Shown here: in pieces, positions 26,329 through 28,002 of the stretch
Position numbering within the stretch: position 1 is the stretch's first letter
Layout of the letters: every line of letters begins with the position of its first letter
Assembly: GCA_964582385.1 (NCBI GenBank)
Contig: CAZOSE010000004.1
Span: forward strand, 1-28,002
Reading direction: 5' to 3'
Length of the DNA stretch: 28,002 nucleotides
Source of the DNA: an uncultured Lachnospiraceae bacterium
GTDB taxonomy: Bacteria > Bacillota > Clostridia > Lachnospirales > Lachnospiraceae
The notes under the pieces: model-generated
Database searches by the model: none
Told to the model about the DNA's origin: nothing
What the model saw: the letters and a program-made list of their open reading frames with translations, nothing else
Made by a program: the position numbers and the translations under genes

Positions 26329-27399
26329 TTACTTCTTCCCATACAATAAAGCCTCAATTCCATGATATAATGCCTTTGTCCTAATGCTTTCATTCTTATC
26401 TTGTTCCTGTATGTTAGATATAAAACTACCAATAATATTATCTTCGTTTTGCCTATATAATTGCTCAAAGTCATAATTAGCAATAGTATTGTCCCTTATT
26501 TCTATAACATTAGCTAGCCCTGTTAAGTTTTCTAATTTGAACTTAATTTCAGGACACTTATAACCACTTAAAGTAATAATAAAAATATTGTCTTTAGAGT
26601 GATTTGATAGGGTTTTTTTTGTTAAATCAACTAATTCCCCATTGGTTATAGAATCATCCACCTCAATATTAATATTAATATATTGTCTTCTTGAGTGGCT
26701 AATAAAATCAAAGAAAATATCGGACTCGTCATTTATATCATCCTTTATAATCTCACCAATAACATATCCCCGCTCACCAATATCATTCTTATCTGTAGGT
26801 TCGATAGAGCCTGCATATGCTATTCGCTTTCTAAGTCTCTGGGGCTTATGTATATGGCCAAGGGCAATATAATCAAAACCCTTACCTTCTAATATTCTAA
26901 GATCAAAGGGCAGATTAGTTGGTGTGCCTCCATGGGCTATTAGAATATTAATTCTATCCCTATACTGAATCTTAACATCATGTAAAACAGGGGTTTTTAT
27001 CTCTCTTTGATGATAACTAAATCCATAAATCTCAGTATTGATATCTTCAAAATAAACACTATCCATATACTCATTAATAAACATATGAACATTGGGATTC
27101 CAATTAAAATTGATATAATTAGACCTTGGACTAATATAATCATGGTTACCTGCTATAATGACAACCCTTGTCTTTTCTAACTTGCTAAAAATATAATCAA
27201 CTTCTTTTAATTCCCTAACCAAGGGCTGTTTATGAAAAAAGTCTCCTGCAATTAATAGCAAATCAATCTTGTCTATATTACAAATCTCAATTATATTGCG
27301 AAATCCATCCCAAATCTCTTCTTGTCTTTGTTCACTCCATGGATAAGAAGCATCTGGCTTCATCCCAAGATGAACATCACCCAAATGAATAAACTTCAT
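26329..27399 (-). CDS. SbcD/Mre11/YhaO-like metallophosphoesterase nuclease (356 aa)
   Basis: Phosphoesterase motifs DVHLG, GDFF, GNHD, IAHGG and GHIH. Immediately upstream of the SMC-like ATPase; SD GGAGGA. Confidence 0.88.
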   Translation of the reverse strand: MKFIHLGDVHLGMKPDASYPWSEQRQEEIWDGFRNIIEICNIDKIDLLLIAGDFFHKQPLVRELKEVDYIFSKLEKTRVVIIAGNHDYISPRSNYINFNWNPNVHMFINEYMDSVYFEDINTEIYGFSYHQREIKTPVLHDVKIQYRDRINILIAHGGTPTNLPFDLRILEGKGFDYIALGHIHKPQRLRKRIAYAGSIEPTDKNDIGERGYVIGEIIKDDINDESDIFFDFISHSRRQYININIEVDDSITNGELVDLTKKTLSNHSKDNIFIITLSGYKCPEIKFKLENLTGLANVIEIRDNTIANYDFEQLYRQNEDNIIGSFISNIQEQDKNESIRTKALYHGIEALLYGKK

Positions 27400-27469
27400 A
27401 CTCTTCCTCCAAATAACTTTTCTTTCTTAAATACTTAACATGATTACTTCAAGCACCTAATACATCCAT

Positions 27470-27498
27470 ATTTTATCATACAAGAACACATGTTTCAA
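27470..27498 (-). promoter_or_regulatory. Putative sigma-A promoter of the nuclease/ATPase operon
   Basis: Minus strand TTGAAA-17 nt-TAAAAT with an extended TG. Confidence 0.65.
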
Positions 27499-27500
27499 TA

Positions 27501-27544
27501 AAATAAAAACCCCTACCTGACTACTTAAAGCCTGGTAAGGATTT
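27501..27544 (-). terminator. Probable intrinsic terminator downstream of asnS
   Basis: Minus strand AAATCCTTACC / GGTAGGGGTTT 11-bp stem with G-U pairs, followed by TTATTTT. Confidence 0.65.
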
Positions 27545-27657
27545 AATTTAACCTTTTTGCAATTTTATTATTATAATAGTATCTTTACATTTTTCTAAAG
27601 TAAATAATAATATTATTCATAGTAGAGCTTTGGAAACAATCTTGCAGTTTACAATAT

Positions 27658-28002
27658 CTACTGATCGCAGTGGTTTACCGTTCTTGGGAATGGAATGACA
27701 TCACGAATGTTACTTATTCCTGTTAAGTACATTACACAACGTTCAAAACCAAGTCCAAATCCTGCATGTCTTACAGAACCATATTTTCTTAAGTCTAGAT
27801 AAAATTGATAATCTTCTTGTTTAAAGCCAAGTTCATCCATTCTAGCTAGTAACTTATCATAATCCTCTTCCCTTTGGCTACCACCAATGATTTCACCTAT
27901 CCCAGGAACAAGTAAATCCATTGCTGCAACTGTCTTATTATCATCATTTTGCTTCATATAGAAAGCTTTTATATCTTTTGGATAATTAGTTACAAATACA
28001 GG
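27658..28002 (-). CDS. asnS: Asparaginyl-tRNA synthetase, C-terminal 114 aa (runs off the window edge)
   Basis: The frame is open to the window end: [16 protein letters not shown]...[22 protein letters not shown], class II motif 3 GFGLGFER and [11 protein letters not shown]. Confidence 0.95.
   Translation of the reverse strand, partial: PVFVTNYPKDIKAFYMKQNDDNKTVAAMDLLVPGIGEIIGGSQREEDYDKLLARMDELGFKQEDYQFYLDLRKYGSVRHAGFGLGFERCVMYLTGISNIRDVIPFPRTVNHCDQ

Noticed and set aside
367-26892. Short (60-117 aa) ORFs in the track that lie antisense or out of frame within the called genes, e.g. 1286-1639, 5363-5650, 15409-15669, 25596-25844
   Set aside because: They are shadow ORFs fully overlapping well-supported genes, with no recognisable motifs or ribosome-binding sites.
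1-28002. CRISPR array, prophage, riboswitch or T-box
   Set aside because: I saw no regularly spaced repeats, no phage or integrase genes, and no recognisable riboswitch or T-box motif. The asnS leader, where a T-box would be expected, lies outside the window.

Overview
AT-rich chromosomal housekeeping and sporulation region of a spore-forming clostridial (probably Lachnospiraceae-like) bacterium; the taxon is inferred from gene content and order. Minus strand, right to left: the 3' end of asnS, a SbcD/YhaO-type metallophosphoesterase and an SMC-like YhaN/SbcE-type ATPase; then spoVG, pth, mfd and a PrsA-like lipoprotein; then mscL, spoVT, hup, yabO/hslR, yabP, yabQ, divIC, tRNA-Met, spoIIE, tilS, hpt and ftsH. 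Plus strand: a DUF1846/UPF0371 gene and a murC-dnaD-dnaC-like-prs block. I see no prophage, transposase, CRISPR array or rRNA. The best non-gene signals are a DnaA-box cluster upstream of dnaD (20160-20365), a long hairpin that buries the yabP ribosome-binding site, a 94-nt palindrome next to an 11-run G-rich tract between spoIIE and tilS, and a 21-bp-spacer spoIIE promoter with a Spo0A-box-like site. The best protein-level signals are a Rad50-like ATPase with a transmembrane hairpin where the zinc hook would be, and an MscL with a C-terminal zinc ribbon. Several ORF starts were moved from the supplied track to codons with better ribosome-binding sites. All family assignments come from motif recognition by eye, not from database searches.
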